From Prorocentrum cordatum (lineage: Eukaryota): a DNA stretch of 53,365 bases. Shown here in pieces: positions 35,773 through 48,771 of this stretch. The notes beneath the pieces were generated by a model. It searched no databases. It had not been told where the DNA came from and worked only from the letters and a program-made list of their open reading frames with translations. The position numbers were made by a program, and so were the translations under genes. The stretch's first letter is position 1. Every line of letters starts with the position of its first letter. Where the stretch lies: the NCBI GenBank assembly GCA_963575745.1, contig CAUYUJ010000323.1:62001-115365 (forward strand), read 5' to 3'.

Positions 35773-35859
35773 GTGGAGGCGGAGTGGGAGTTTTATGCCC
35801 TCGAGGCTGGAAGGTACACCCAGAACTTCAAACATTTCATGAAGCAGTACGCTCCCGAG
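35773..35859 (+). CDS. Candidate exon (VEAEWEFYALEAGRYTQNFKHFMKQYAPE)
   Basis: 87 nt, phase 0-0, AG|GT donor; protein-like island between microsatellites; acceptor position uncertain. Confidence 0.5.
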
Positions 35860-36219
35860 GTTGCGGGCCTCGTGGCGATCCTAACACTGGCGGCCGCGCT
35901 CAGGGCGCGGGGAGACAAGGTCTGGAGCATGACCTGGTCGTCCTCCTCCGCATGGTCGTCGTCTTCCCTCTCCTCTTTCTGTCCTTTCCCCCCATCGTCC
36001 TCCTCCATCCACTCATCCGCCTCAACATCGTCCTCCCCCTCCTCTTCCTCGTTGTCCTCGGCCTCCCCTCGTCCTCCTCCTCCTCCTCCTCCTCCTCCTC
36101 CTCCTGCTCCTCCTGATCGTCCTCCTCCTCATCCTCCTGTTCCCCCTCTTCGCCCTCCCCCTCATCTTCGTCCTCCCACTTCCCTTCTCCCTCTCCCCTC
36201 CTCGCTGGACGTCGTCCAG

Positions 36220-36279
36220 ACTGCTTCCTTCGCTCGCGCGAAGGCCTCGGAGAACACCGCGGGGTGGGCCGAGATCAAG
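36220..36279 (+). CDS. Candidate exon (TASFARAKASENTAGWAEIK)
   Basis: CAG acceptor, AG|GC donor, 60 nt, phase 0-0. Confidence 0.4.
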
Positions 36280-36354
36280 GCTCGTGGGCGAACCCAAAAC
36301 GTCCGACAATTGTCGGGGGCACCCTCGACGCACAACTGTGCAATCCCTTCTTAT

Positions 36355-36470
36355 TATCCTCCTCCTCCTCCTCCTCCTCCTCCTTCTCTCCTCCTCCTCC
36401 TCCTCCTCATCATCATCATCATCGTTTTCCTCATCCTCAGCCTCCTTATCCTCCTCATCATCAACAACAA

Positions 36471-36509
<39 letters not shown>

Positions 36510-36527
36510 TTTCTTCTTCATCATCAC

Positions 36528-36575
<48 letters not shown>

Positions 36576-37070
36576 TGTCATCCTCATCATCCTCATCATC
36601 CTCATCAGCATCATCAGCACCATTATCATCAACGTCATCCTCATCCTCAGCCTCCTCGTCATCATCATCATCATCAGAGTCTGCGTCACCATCATCATTA
36701 TCATCACCAGCATCATCATCACAACCATCATCAGCATCATCATCAGCAGGATCATCAATATCATCATCAGCATCATCATCGTCATAGTCATCGTCTTCGC
36801 CATGGCCATCGCCCTCGTCATCATCATCGTTATCATCATCGTTATCATCATCATCGTTATCATCAGCATCACAATCACCATCATCATCAGCATCATCATC
36901 GTCATCATCATCGATATCATCAACAACAAGAGCATAATCATCCCTCTTCCCCTTCGGATCATCCTAGGAATATGTCTGTTAGTCCTCCTCCCCCTCTCAT
37001 TGCCTCCTCCTCCTCCGCCGCCTGCTCTTGCTGTTTCACCGCCTGCTCCTCCTCCTCCTCCTCCCCCTCG
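36355..37070. repeat. (CTC)n/(CAT)n compound microsatellite
   Basis: Direct reading. Confidence 0.95.
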
Positions 37071-37831
37071 CTCCCCCATCCTACTCTTCATCGCCTGCCG
37101 CCCAGCCTTGTTGAGGACGCAGGGGGAAGGTGGGGAGATGAGGGAGGGACGGAGAAGAGGATATAGGCCCCATCGGCGATGACATACCAGCGATGGAGGC
37201 GAGCGACAGGTCAAAAGATCTGGAAAACTATGTCTAACCACGCTCGACCCGACCGATCGAAATCAGGCACCACATCCCGAGCCGGCCTTGAACAATTGGC
37301 GGGTACATCCTTCCACGCCTTTTCCTCAAGAGAAAGGTGTGGGGAGGAAGAGGGGTCAAGGAGGGTGGGAGGGCAGGTGATAGGACGGGGGGCGGGAGGA
37401 AAGGGAGGCCAGGGGAGAGAGGACGAGAGGTGACGGGGGGACGAAAGGGAAAGGGCATCGTATTCTGGCAAACCTCCTGGACTGACGAGCCCCACCGCCT
37501 TGTGCTAGTCCTCCTCCTCCTCCTCCTCCTTCCGATGATCCTCCCCGTTATCCGCCCCCCCCCTGGCGGAAGGAGCAGTGGCCCATGCTGATGGGCGCGG
37601 ACACTCTGCTTGCGCTGCAGGCCATGCTCAGATTCACGCTCCTCGTCTCGACCATCCTCCGCGCCCCTGGCGGCCCAGTGCCGCTGTCTGGCGACCCAGG
37701 GGGAATAATGGATGGCACTCTTGCTCCCTGCTGCCGGTGCATCCCCTTTCCGTACGCTTCACTCGTTCTCGTAGCGCCCACAAGTGCGTCGGCGAGGCCT
37801 TATTCCTTTTCCGTTTCCCTCCCCCTCCTCT

Positions 37832-37957
37832 TTTGGTATCTCGCGGACGTGCCTTTTTTCTCGGCGGGGATTCTTAAGGAGCATCCTGTAGCATCTTGCG
37901 AAAAAACCACGCACGGAACCGAAAAAAACAGGGAATGGACGTCCGAGCGACGGGGAG
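37832..37957. mobile_element. MITE family B copy 3
   Basis: TTGGTATCTCGCGGACGTG...GGACGTCCGAGCGA, colinear with 31881-32011. Confidence 0.75.
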
Positions 37958-37976
37958 TAGCCAACTCCCACTGATG

Positions 37977-38870
37977 GCACCCCGAAGCGTGTCGGTAGGG
38001 CTGGCCAGGCGCGGCGCTGCACACCACCTCGCCACTTGTGCTCTTGACGTCTGACAGCTGCAGCAGCTTCAACGAAAATGGAGGGGGGGACTTTCAAAAT
38101 GCGCCCCTCGCTCAGCGGCGCTGCGCACATCTCGTCTTCAAAATTTGCAACAGCTTCGCGGATGGACGGGAGGCGGTTTTCAAAATGGAGTTCTCGCTTA
38201 CGCGCCGTGCACATTCGCGTTGAAAGGTTGTGCAGCAATTTCAGGATGAAGGAGGCGTTTTCAAAATGGAGCCTTCGCCTCAGCGCAGCGCACATCCGTC
38301 TCAATACGTTGATAATGTTCGAAGCTGGAGGCTGGTTCCTCTTCAAACTGGGTCTCGTGCCTTAGCGCCGCGCACACTCGGTCTTTAAAGCTTGTAACCT
38401 GCTCAATGGTGGAGGACGGTTCTTTTTCAAAATGGGACTCTCGCCTTGGCGCCGCGCGCATTCGTTTTAAAAGTGTGCAGCTGTTTCCGTAATGGAGGGT
38501 GGTTCCTTTTCAACATTGGATTCCGCCCCAGCGCCGCGCACATTCAGCGAAACAACTGCGAACACTTGCAGGGATTGCGGGCGTTTCCTTTTCAAAATTG
38601 GGCTTTCGCTGGTCAGGTTTTCAAAACCAGGAAATTGCGCACATGCAACAGCTGTACGGAGAAAGGGCGGCTCCTTTTCAACATCGGGCGTTCGCTCGAG
38701 ATTCCTTCAAATTGAACGACGACGGATGGAGGGCGGGTTCAAAGTTGGGCTTTCGCTTGAGACTTCCTCGACGCCCATGGCCAGAAGTGAACACTTGCGC
38801 AAGAGAACACAGAGGGGGCGGCATTTTGCCCATGCGGGGATCTCGCTCGAGACCTCCTTGAACTCTATGG
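37977..38870 (+). repeat. Terminal motif plus degenerate ~75-bp tandem array; inverted relative at ~40780-41107
   Basis: TTTCAAAATGG..CGCCTCAGCGCCGCGCACAT units; 37977-38011 matches the reverse complement of 41073-41107 at 32/35. Confidence 0.8.
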
Positions 38871-38959
38871 AGCATACCTTCGCGCGTTCTTTGCTTCGCC
38901 GTTCGGAAGATGCAGGGCAGTTCCTGGCTGCTTCCAGACGGGACCCGCCCGACCGGCAG

Positions 38960-39064
38960 GCCTACAGGGCACTAGTCTTTCTTAAGCAGGCGCTTCTTGG
39001 GGACGTGCGGGGACTTCTGAGAAGGGGGCACTGGCACGGGAGGGTATACTGCAGCATCGTTGAG
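38960..39064 (+). CDS. Candidate exon (AYRALVFLKQALLGDVRGLLRRGHWHGRVYCSIVE)
   Basis: CAG|G acceptor, GAG|GC donor, 105 nt, phase 0-0. Confidence 0.45.
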
Positions 39065-39439
39065 GCACCTTGGGTAAGCCTGGTCCTGCTCCTCTTCCGC
39101 CTCCTCCTCCTCCTCGTCCTCCTCCTCCTCCTCGGCCTCCTCCTCGGCGTCCTCCTCCACCTCCTCCTCATCCTTCCCCTCTCCATCATCATCCTCCGTT
39201 TTCCCGTCCTCCTCCCACTGCGCCGTGATAAAAGATAGCCCGTTTTTTGACAGGCTGGCGCAGCGTTGGCCGGAGACGCCCCGTTCGTCGCGTGGAGCTT
39301 GGTACAACGTGACGGCTAGTGGAGTTGTGCCAGCGGGGGCTCGGCAACTTGGGGCTTGCCTCTCCCATTGAAATTGTATGAGGCTTCACGGAACGGCCGG
39401 TCAGAAATGGCAAACCACGTGGAAATTCTCGCTCTCTAA

Positions 39440-40290
39440 AAAAGATTCGAGCCAGGTTCGAAAGTCGGTTCAAAACCATCGAGTCTTTTTGAAACAATAG
39501 ATAAGTGAGCGTTTCGCGCGGGATTTCTCCGACAGGACGATTCGAGCTAGGTTCGAGCTCGGTTCGAAACAATAGAGCAGTTAGCGTTTCGTGCGGGATG
39601 TCCTCGAAAAGATGATTTGAAGCCCGGTTCGAAGTCGGTCCGAAACAATGGGAAAGCAAGCGTTTCTTGATGGATTTTCTCGACAAGATAGCTTGGAACC
39701 CGCTTCGAAGTCGGTTCGAAACAACATGAAAGCGAGCGTTTCGCGCAGGTCGTCTGTGAACATATGATTTGGAATTTGGTTCCGCACAAGGTCGAAACGG
39801 TCGGAACAAGAGCACCCGCAAATACAAAATTGGGCCAAATTTTGGTCACGCCCACGGGCAATATCAGACCGTTGTTTGGCAGTGAAGACCTCGTTCATTG
39901 CGTCGTCGTTCCATCGCGCTTTCAGTAAACATACTGGCTCAATCCATACCGACGGGCGCTGACTTGTGGCACCGCCAGTCATGTGAGAACTATGCGAACT
40001 GCACAAAAAAACATGTAGAGCCAAGACCCATGTTACGTCCTTGCACGTGCGGGACATCCTCGAGAAGATGATTTGGAGCCCGGTTCGAAGTCGGTTCGAA
40101 ACAATCGTAAAGCGAGCGTTTGGTGTGGAGTTTCCTCGAGCAGATGCCTTGGAACCAGATTCGATTCGGTTCGAAACAGTCGGAAAGCGAGCGTTTCGCG
40201 CAAGTCGTCTGTGAACATATGATTTGGCACTTGGTTCCGCACAATATTGAAACCAGCGAAACAAGAGCACCGAAAATACAAAACAAACGT
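39440..40290 (+). repeat. Two blocks of a ~80-bp TTCGAA-rich tandem repeat with a shared end module
   Basis: GGTTCGAAGTCGGTTCGAAACAA..AAGCGAGCGTTTCG units; ~39732-39829 duplicated at ~40188-40282. Confidence 0.85.
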
Positions 40291-42569
40291 TGATCACGCC
40301 CAGGTTTTCTCCCTCCCTCGCTCCCCCACACCCCCTCGCCTTGCTCTTTGGGCGGGCCGGAATGGAAGCGCGAGGGCCTCGGGCGAGGGCTCCAGAGGGG
40401 AGGAGGAGGAGGAGGAGGAGGAGGAGGAGGAGGAGGAGGACCAGTGCAAACCTAAGACTCATCAGGGATGTTGTAATAAACCCTCCCGACAAGTTCCTTC
40501 TTCATAGGTCCCAACAAGGTTCGTTTTTGATTGAGAGAAGTGCCCCGTTTGAGGACAACGGCTTGAAACCTGAACCGTGCCAGAACATCATGCTTGGTGC
40601 TTGGTACTGCAACTCCGCGAATCAAAGTTACTGCTACGTCCTGACGGTCCTGAATCGTGCCAGGACAGCGTTCCTGGGATTTTAACGACACAGCGAATCA
40701 ACGTAAGTGTTACGCCTTGACAGTCCTACAGCGTGCCCAAACGCCATGTCTCTGGCGCCAACCAGAAGAATCCTTACAACTGCTGTGAACTCTTAAGACG
40801 AAGGTGCGCGGCACTAAGGTGGAAACCACATGTTGAAAAGGTACCGCCCTCCATCCGCGAAGTTCTTGCAAACTTTCAGGCGGCGCTAAGGCGAGAGCCA
40901 CAGTTTGAACATCGCCCGCCCTACGTCCGTGAAGCTCTTGCAGCGTGTTCAGACAGATGTGCGCGGCGCTACGGCGAGAGCCACATGTTGAAAATTGCCC
41001 GCCCTCCATCTGTGAAGCTGTTGCAGATTCGCAGCTTAAGGATCATAAGTGGTTGGGAAGTCTCAGGCTAAACGCCTGGCCCGCCCTACCGACACGTCTC
41101 GGGGTGCGGCACGGAGGTTTATACGGAAAGGGATGGCGGAGGAGGAGGAGGAGGACGAGGAGGAGGAGGAGGAGGGCAACAGGGGGAGGGGGAGGAGTAA
41201 GGAAGGAGGAGGAGGAGGAGGAAGAGCAGGAGGAGGAGGAGGAGTAGGAGGAGGAGAAAGAGGAGCAGGAGCAGGAGGAGCAGGAAGAGGATGAGGCGGC
41301 AGAGGAGGAGGAGAAGGAGGAGGAGGAGGAGGAGGAGGAGGAGGAGGAAGGGGAGGAGGGGGATAAGGGATAAGGGATAAGGAGCGGCCGTGGCCACCAC
41401 CGCGGCTGGCCTTGACGGCCACGACCACCACCAACGACCGTGACAGTCTGTGACCACGACCGCCATGGGCACTTCGACTCCTGCGGCCACCTTCACGACC
41501 ACCACGACCGCCAGCAGCATCACCGCCACGACCACCGCAAGCTTGGCGCTCAACCACCACCAGCACGACCACGACCCGCACTACCACCTACCAAGCCACC
41601 ACGACCACCAGCACGGCGCCCGACCACCTGCTCGCCCAGCCCGACCCCCACAACGACCACCACGCCTGCCAGCACGACTACCACGTCCACCGTCGGCCCG
41701 ACCACCACGAGCCCCGCGACGACCACAGCGCCCGCCAGCGCGACCACCCCGACCGCCCCCGCCCTCCGCTCCCCTTTCCTTCCCGCTCCCCTGCCCCTGC
41801 AAGGCCGCCCCTGCTTGCGCTTCTCATTGCAATCTGGCATCGGTGCTGCATATTGAAATATCAGTAGTTAACACTTAGATCACACAGTCAGGCCAGGAGC
41901 TCTACGGGGCCATTCCTCAAACCGGCAGGTTGCTGGCGAGGTACCAGGGGCCATGACCCCGACATCCCCTTGGAGACGGGGGCGAGGACCCGCTCGTGTT
42001 CCTGCGCCCTGGCTGCCGCTGTCCTTTTTCCTCCTCCCCCCGTTTCACCGGCAGCGCGGCGCGCAACCGGGAGAGGGGTCTAGCGCCGACCCAGGAGGGG
42101 TCCGCGCGGACCCCCGTTTGACAGGTGGACTGTTCGGGACTACCTACCCCCTTGCTGCTGCTGCTGGCCCACCTCTGTCCCTTCTCTCCTTCGGCGTGGA
42201 GGAGGAGGACAGAAGGGCAAGGAGGAGGAGGAATAGGAGGAGGAGGAGGAGGAGGAGGAGGAGGGCCTCAGGCGAGGGCCGCTCTCCTCCTGCAGGAGAC
42301 CCCGCCGCGCTGTGGTTCTGCGGCGCCGCCGCTCGCGTGGCGCTTCTCGCGCGGACCTTCGGGCCAAACCACGAGCTCGTCGTCGTATTCTCCCCTTGGA
42401 GGCGAAGGAGAAAACAATGACGAGGAAGAACAGGCGGAGGAGGAGAAGAAGACAAGGACGAAGAAGAGGAGGAGGAGGAAGAGGAGGAGGAGGGGGGGCA
42501 GTAGGAGAAACAGGAGGATAACAATACAAGGAGGACAAAACAAGGACAAGGACGAGAAGGCACGGGCGA

Positions 42570-42985
42570 TGATGATGACGATACTCGTGATGGTTTTGTT
42601 GGTGATGCTGATGGTGATTATGCTGCTGATGATGCTGATGCTGTAGATGATGATGCTGATGCCGAGACTGATGATGGTGATAATGATGATGTTGGTGACG
42701 ATGATGATGATGATGGTGACAGTGATGGTATGGTGATGGTGATGGTGATGAGGATGATGGTATTGGTGGTGATGATGTTGATGCTGGTGATGATGCTGCT
42801 AATGAGGATTAGGATGATGATGATTATGAAGAGGAGGAGGAGCAGCAGGCGGAGGAGAAGGACGCTGCTGCTGCTGATGATGATAAGGATACTGATGTTG
42901 CTGAAAATGACGGTACTGCTGATGATGGTGTTGTTGATGTTGATGTTGACGACGTTGTTGACGATGTTGTTGATGATGCTGATGG

Positions 42986-43021
<36 letters not shown>

Positions 43022-43959
43022 TGATGACGACGATGATGATAATGATAATGATGATGATGATGGTGATGGTGATGGTGATGAAGATGAGGCTGCTGAAGAT
43101 GATGATGATGATGCTGGAAATGATGATGATGATCATCATGATGGTGATGACGATACCGATTATTATGTTGATGATGATTGTGATGATGCTGTTGATGATG
43201 ATGATGGTGGTGATGGTGATGGTGATGACGATGATGGTGGTGATGATGATGGTAGTGAGATGGTAATGAGGAAGAGGAAGAGGAGGAGGAAGGGGAAGTG
43301 GGTTAGGAAGGGGACTGGGAAGAGGAAGAGGAACATCAAGAGGAATACGTACGAAGAGGAGGTCGAGGAGGCGGGGGAGGGGGAAGGAGGTTGCAGAGGA
43401 GCAAGATGCTGCAAAAACGAACACGAGGAGAATTACGACGAGGAAGCAAGGACGAGGCGGAGGAGGGTAAGGAATATCTTCCCCTTCTCCTCCTCCTTCT
43501 GTTCCTCCTCCTCGCATGCTTCCGCCTGGTCCTCGTCCTTCGCTTCGTCGTCGTCCTCGTCTTCCTCGCATGATCCTTCCTCACTTCAATCGTTACCCGC
43601 CCTCCTCCGCCTCCTCCTCCACCTCATCATCCCCTTCCGCATATTCATCCTCATCGTCATCATCCTCTTCGTGCTCGTTCTCCTCCGCGTCCTCATCCTC
43701 CTCCTCTCCTTCTCTCCCTCCCCCTCCTCATTTTTCTCCCGTCTTCCTTACCCTCGTCCTACTCATGATGATGATGATGCTGATGATGATGATGATGATG
43801 CTGATGATGATGATGATGATGATGGTAGTGATGTTGATGATGATGATGCTGATGGTAATGCTGGTGGTGGTGATGGTGATGAGGATGGTGGTGATGGTGG
43901 TAGTGATGCTGAGATTGATGCGGATGATGATGATGCTGATGTTGCTGTTGCTGTTGCTG

Positions 43960-43991
<32 letters not shown>

Positions 43992-44300
43992 GATGATGAC
44001 GGTGTTGTTGATGATGATGGTGATGATGATGCTGATTGTGATGATGATGATGATGATCGTCATCATCAGCAGCATCATCACCACCACCACTAGCAGCATT
44101 ATCAGCATCGCCATCATCATCACCAGCATCATCATCATCAGCAGCGTCATCAGCATTGGCATCCTCATCGGCAACCTCCTCATCGTCATTAGCATCAGCA
44201 TCATCACATTAACAGCAACAACAACAACAAGCACATCAACGTGTTCATCATCCTACTGGAAGTAATCCTCCTCATCATCGATTTGCTCTTCTCCATCGTC
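42570..44300. repeat. (GAT)n, (GAG)n, (CTC)n, (GAT)n, (CAT)n compound microsatellite region
   Basis: Direct reading. Confidence 0.9.
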
Positions 44301-45286
44301 ATCAGCAGCATCATCATCCCTCGTCAGTCCCCTCCACCTCGTCCTCTCCGCTCCCCCTCCCCCAACGACAGCCACTCATCATATTCACCCCTCTTCTCGC
44401 TGCCATGTTCCACATCCGCCATAGTGCGTTTCTCCAGATCATTATTTCGCCCTCCTCTTGCTCAGGCTACTCATCCTCCGCCTCTCCCTCTGCGTCGACG
44501 TCGTCCTCCTCGTCCTGCTCCTCCTCCTCCTCCTTTGTATTCCCGCCAATCTCATAATCATACTATTATTCCTGGTCCTCCGCATCCTGCTCATCCTCAC
44601 CCTGCCATCCTGCTCCTCCTCGCCCTCCCTCATCCCGCCCATACCGTCCCGTTCCTGCCAGGACCCCATGCTACATGCTGGATGGCCCTCTGGGCGGATC
44701 GATCGCGGCAGCCTGGGCCCCAACCCCCAAGGTTGACAGCAAACGGCAGGGGGCGAGGAGGAGGAGGAGGAGGAGGAGGAGTTAGGGTTGGTGGTTGCTG
44801 GGGAGGGGGAGGAAGAGGAGCAGGAGGAGGGAAAGGAGCAAGAGGAGGAGGAGGAGGTAGAGGCTATTCCCCACAGGCCCTCTGCCTAATTCACTGTTTG
44901 GAGCTATGCCTAAGTCGGACTGTTTTGCAATACGAGCGGAACAGCTACGATGCTCATGTTCGCCTGACGCAGAACGGAGCTGGAAGAGGGGACGTCACCC
45001 AAATTGTCGTCTTCGCCCTCCTGCCCTGATTTCTGCCTCCTCGTTGGGCTCTTCCCCCTTTACGGTCGGGAACTTTGGGTTAGCGCGTCGCTCCGCCGGT
45101 TCTGGCCCACCACGCTTCGGCGCGACACGCTAGCCACGTCGCGGTCCCCATGCGTCAAAGCCCCGAGCTTTCCCGCGCCTCCCGCCCCGCGGAGCCGAGC
45201 GACACGCTGTCCGCTCGCAGGGCATAGCGTGTCGCCGGGGCCGCCGCAGCGAGACGCCTAGCAAACGTTCCCTATCGCATTTCGGG

Positions 45287-46648
45287 CGTGTGTGTGTGTG
45301 TGTGTGCGTGTGCGTGTGTGTGTGTGTGTGTTGTGTGTGTTGTGTGTGTGTGTTTGTTGTGTGTTGTGTGTGTTGTGTGTGTTGTGTGTTGCGTGTGTGT
45401 GTGTGGTGTGTGTGTGTTGTGTCTGTTGTGTCTGTTGTGTCTGTTGTGTGTGTTGTGTGTATGTGTTGTGTGTTGTGTGTGTGTTGTGTGTGTTGTGTGT
45501 ATTGTGTGTGTGTTGTGTGTGTGTGCGTGTGTGCGTTGTGTGCGTTGTGTGCGTTGTGTGCGTTGTGTGCGTTGTGTGTGGTGTGTGGGGTGTGGTGTGT
45601 GGTGTGTGGTGTGTGGTGTGTGGTGTGTGGTGTGTGGTGTGTGGTGTGTGGTGTGTGTGGTGTGCGTGGTGTGTGTGGTGTGTGTATGTGTTGTGTGGTG
45701 TGCGTGTGGTGTGTGGTGTGTGGTGTGTGGTGTGTTGTGTGTGTGGTGTGTGTGTGTGGTGTGTGGTGTGTGTGTGTGTGTTGTGTGTTGTGTGTTGTGT
45801 GTGCGTGTGTGGTGTATGTGTTGTGTCTGTTGTGTCTGTTGTGTGTGTTGTGTGTGTGTGTTGTGTGTATGTGTTGTGTGTGTGTGTTGTGTGTGTTGTG
45901 TGTATTGTGTGTGTTGTGTGTGCGTTGTGTGCGTTGTGTGCGTTGTGTGCGTTGTGTGCGTTGTGTGCGTTGTGTGTGGTGTGTGGTGTGTGGTGTGTGG
46001 TGTGTGGTGTGTGTGGTGTGTGTGGTGTGTGTGGTGTGTATGGTGTGTGTATGTGGTGTGTGGTGTGCGTGTGGTGTGTGGTGTGTGGTGTGTGGTGTGT
46101 TGTGTGTGTGGTGTGTGTGGTGTGTGGTGTGTGTGTGTGTTGTGTGTTGTGTGTTGTGTGTGTTGTGTGTTGTGAGTGTTGTTTGTTGTGTCTATCGTGT
46201 GTGTTGTGTGTGTTGTGTGTATGTGTTGTGTGTGTTGTGTGTTGCGTGTTGTGTGTGTTGTGTTTGTGTGTGCGTGCGTGTGTGTGTGGTGTGTGTGTAT
46301 GTGTATGTGTGTGTGTGTGCGTGTGTGTGTGTGTGTGCGTGCGTGCGTGTGTGTGTGTATGTGTATGTGTGTGTGTGGTGTGTGTGGTGTGTGTGTTGTG
46401 TGTCTTTGTGTCTGTTGTGTCTGTTGTGTGTGTTGTGTGTATGTGTTGTGTGTTGTGTGTGTGTTGTGTGTGTTGTGTGTATTGTGTGTGTTGTGTGTGT
46501 GCGTGTGTGGCGTTGTGTGCGTTGTGTGCGTTGTGTGCGTTGTGTGTGGTGTGTGGGGTGTGGTGTGTGTGTGTGTGGTGTGTGGTGTGTGGGTGTGGTG
46601 TGTGTGGTGTGTGTGGTGTGTGTGTGTGTGGTGTGTGGTGTGTGTGGT

Positions 46649-46684
<36 letters not shown>

Positions 46685-47308
46685 GTGTGTGTGTGTGGTG
46701 TGTGTTGTGTCTGTTGTGTCTGTTGTGTGTGTTGTGTGTGTGTGTGTTGTGGTATGTGTTGTGTGTTGTGTGTGTTGTGTGTGTTGTGTGTATTGTGTGT
46801 GTGTGTTGTGTGTGTGTGCGTTGTGTGCGTTGTGTGCGTTGTGTGCGTTGTGTGCGTTGGGTGCGTTGTGTGCGTTGTGTGCGTTGTGTGGTGTGTGGTG
46901 TGTGGTGTGTGGTGTGTGGTGTGTGGTGTGTGTGGTGTGTGTGGTGTGTGTGGTGTGTGTGGTGTGTGTATGTGGTGTGTGGTGTGCGTGTGGTGTGTGG
47001 TGTGTGGTGTGTGGTGTGTTGTGTGTGTGGTGTGTGTGGTGTGTGGTGTGTGTGTTGTGTGTTGTGTGTTGTGTGTGTTGTGTGTTGTGAGTGTTGTTTG
47101 TTGTGTCTATCGTGTGTGTTGTGTGTGTGTGTTGTGTGTATGTGTTGTGTGTGTTGTGTGTTGCGTGTTGTGTGTGTTGTGTTTGTGTGTGCGTGCGTGT
47201 GTGTGTGTGTGGTGTGTGTATGTGTATGTGTGTGTGTGTGCGTGTGTGTGTGTGTGTGTGCGTGCGTGCGTGTGTGTGTGTGTGTGTCTGTGTATGTGTG
47301 TGTGTGTG
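45287..47308. repeat. 2-kb GT-rich compound microsatellite with ~915-bp higher-order period
   Basis: Marker TGTGAGTGTTGTTTGTTGTGTCTATCGTGT at 46171 and 47086. Confidence 0.92.
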
Positions 47309-48627
47309 CATTTCTTCTTGGGGCCCCTTGGCGGCTCCGTGGGCCAGTCTGGCATGCAGGTCGGGGCAATCGTGCGCGCAGGGGCATCGGAGAGCCACGG
47401 AAGCGAGCAGGGGGGTAGAGGCAGGCGCACGCCACCTTTGCCCCCCCCCCCCCCTCCCTCGCCTTCCCCCCCCCCCCGCCTCCCCCTTTATCGTCCCCCC
47501 AGCCTGTCGGTCTTGATCGACCCCGCAGACCCCGCACTTCGAGCCCCCCCCCCTCTCCGCTCCCCTCCTCCCTTCCCCCCTCGGCCTCGGCCACGCCGTC
47601 CATGGCACCCGCGTCGAGGGCAGGGCATCGGGGCCGCGCCCCCTGCACAGTGCAGCAGGCATGCCGCAGCCACCTCCCCCCTCGGGCGTTGCGTGAAATG
47701 GTGGGGGCGATAAATCACCGAGCGAGCAGTGGGACGCGCTTGCCGAACAAAGGGGGGGGACGAAAGGCGCACCTCTCGTGCACTGTAGGAGGAGGCGTCC
47801 TGCAGGAGCCCCGCACGCACGACGCGAACACGAAACCGAAGCCGATTTTCTGGTGGGGGGCTCCCCGTTCCACTGCGATCTCACCCCCAACCTCCGATCC
47901 ACTGCGTCTCGAATGTCCAGACCCCCTCCCTCAGAAACCCCAGACGCAGAGGAGATGGGTAAATATCTGGCCTCCAGCGAGGCCAGTTTCATCAATATCC
48001 ACCGCCTCTGGGTTTTTTGTTGGCATCCCTTCCCCAAAACATCTTAGGCACCGTGATTTCACGTATACGAACAGATACACAAGCACCGCAACACACTCTT
48101 TCACACAGAAGCAAATCTTGCCCGCGTAACAGGAGCAGCCAGGAGCAGCCTAGCCGAGGAAATCCCCGGCACCCGTGTGCCGCTTCGGCCGGAAACGGCC
48201 GGACAAATTGCCCGATTTGGTCAGTCTCCAGTGGCCAGGCGCACTGGGACCACTGGTGGGGACAGGCGAACCGAGCAGATCCCCAACGCCCCAGGGGAAC
48301 GGCCAGGAACAGCCTACCCTAACCCTCCACGCCGCCCACCAGTGGCCCTGATTATCCGAAGAGGAACCACGACATAAGCAGAAACTTTCAGAGCTCCGCG
48401 CGGTTCTCCTGGACCTGCACTGGGCCCCCCATGGCGGCGCCGCCCCTCGCGGGCTCTGCGCGCCAGGGAGTGGGGTTCAGCGCAGATCCAAGAAGTCAGC
48501 GCGGACCTCCGAAAGTGTAATTTTATGCGGCTGTTTCTTCCTCTAAGTGGGCCTGCTCGCTCCTCCTACCTCCCCCCTCCCCCGCCTCTGAGGAGGGGGG
48601 GACTCACCCTTACAGCCTGCGCCGCAG

Positions 48628-48771
48628 GCAGCGTTCGAGGTCGCTGCTCTCCCGGTCCTGTTCGGCGTGAACAAGGGGTTCTTCCGCAGCGCACGGCTGT
48701 CCACACTTCTGGCGATCGTGGGCACCGCTGCCTTTGCCCACCGCAACCGCCTGAATTTGGCCAACGACGAG
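48628..48771 (+). CDS. Candidate exon (AAFEVAALPVLFGVNKGFFRSARLSTLLAIVGTAAFAHRNRLNLANDE)
   Basis: GCAG|G acceptor with upstream CTCAC, GAG|GT donor, 144 nt, phase 0-0, GC3-rich codons. Confidence 0.6.

Noticed and set aside
38972..39075. Minus-strand terminal exon (CLNDAAVYPPVP...KKD*)
   Set aside because: Overlaps a plus-strand candidate with clean splice sites that agrees with neighbouring exon orientation; not fully excluded
45258..48037. 700-920 aa His/Thr- or Cys/Val-rich ORFs
   Set aside because: GT microsatellite lacks stop codons in most frames
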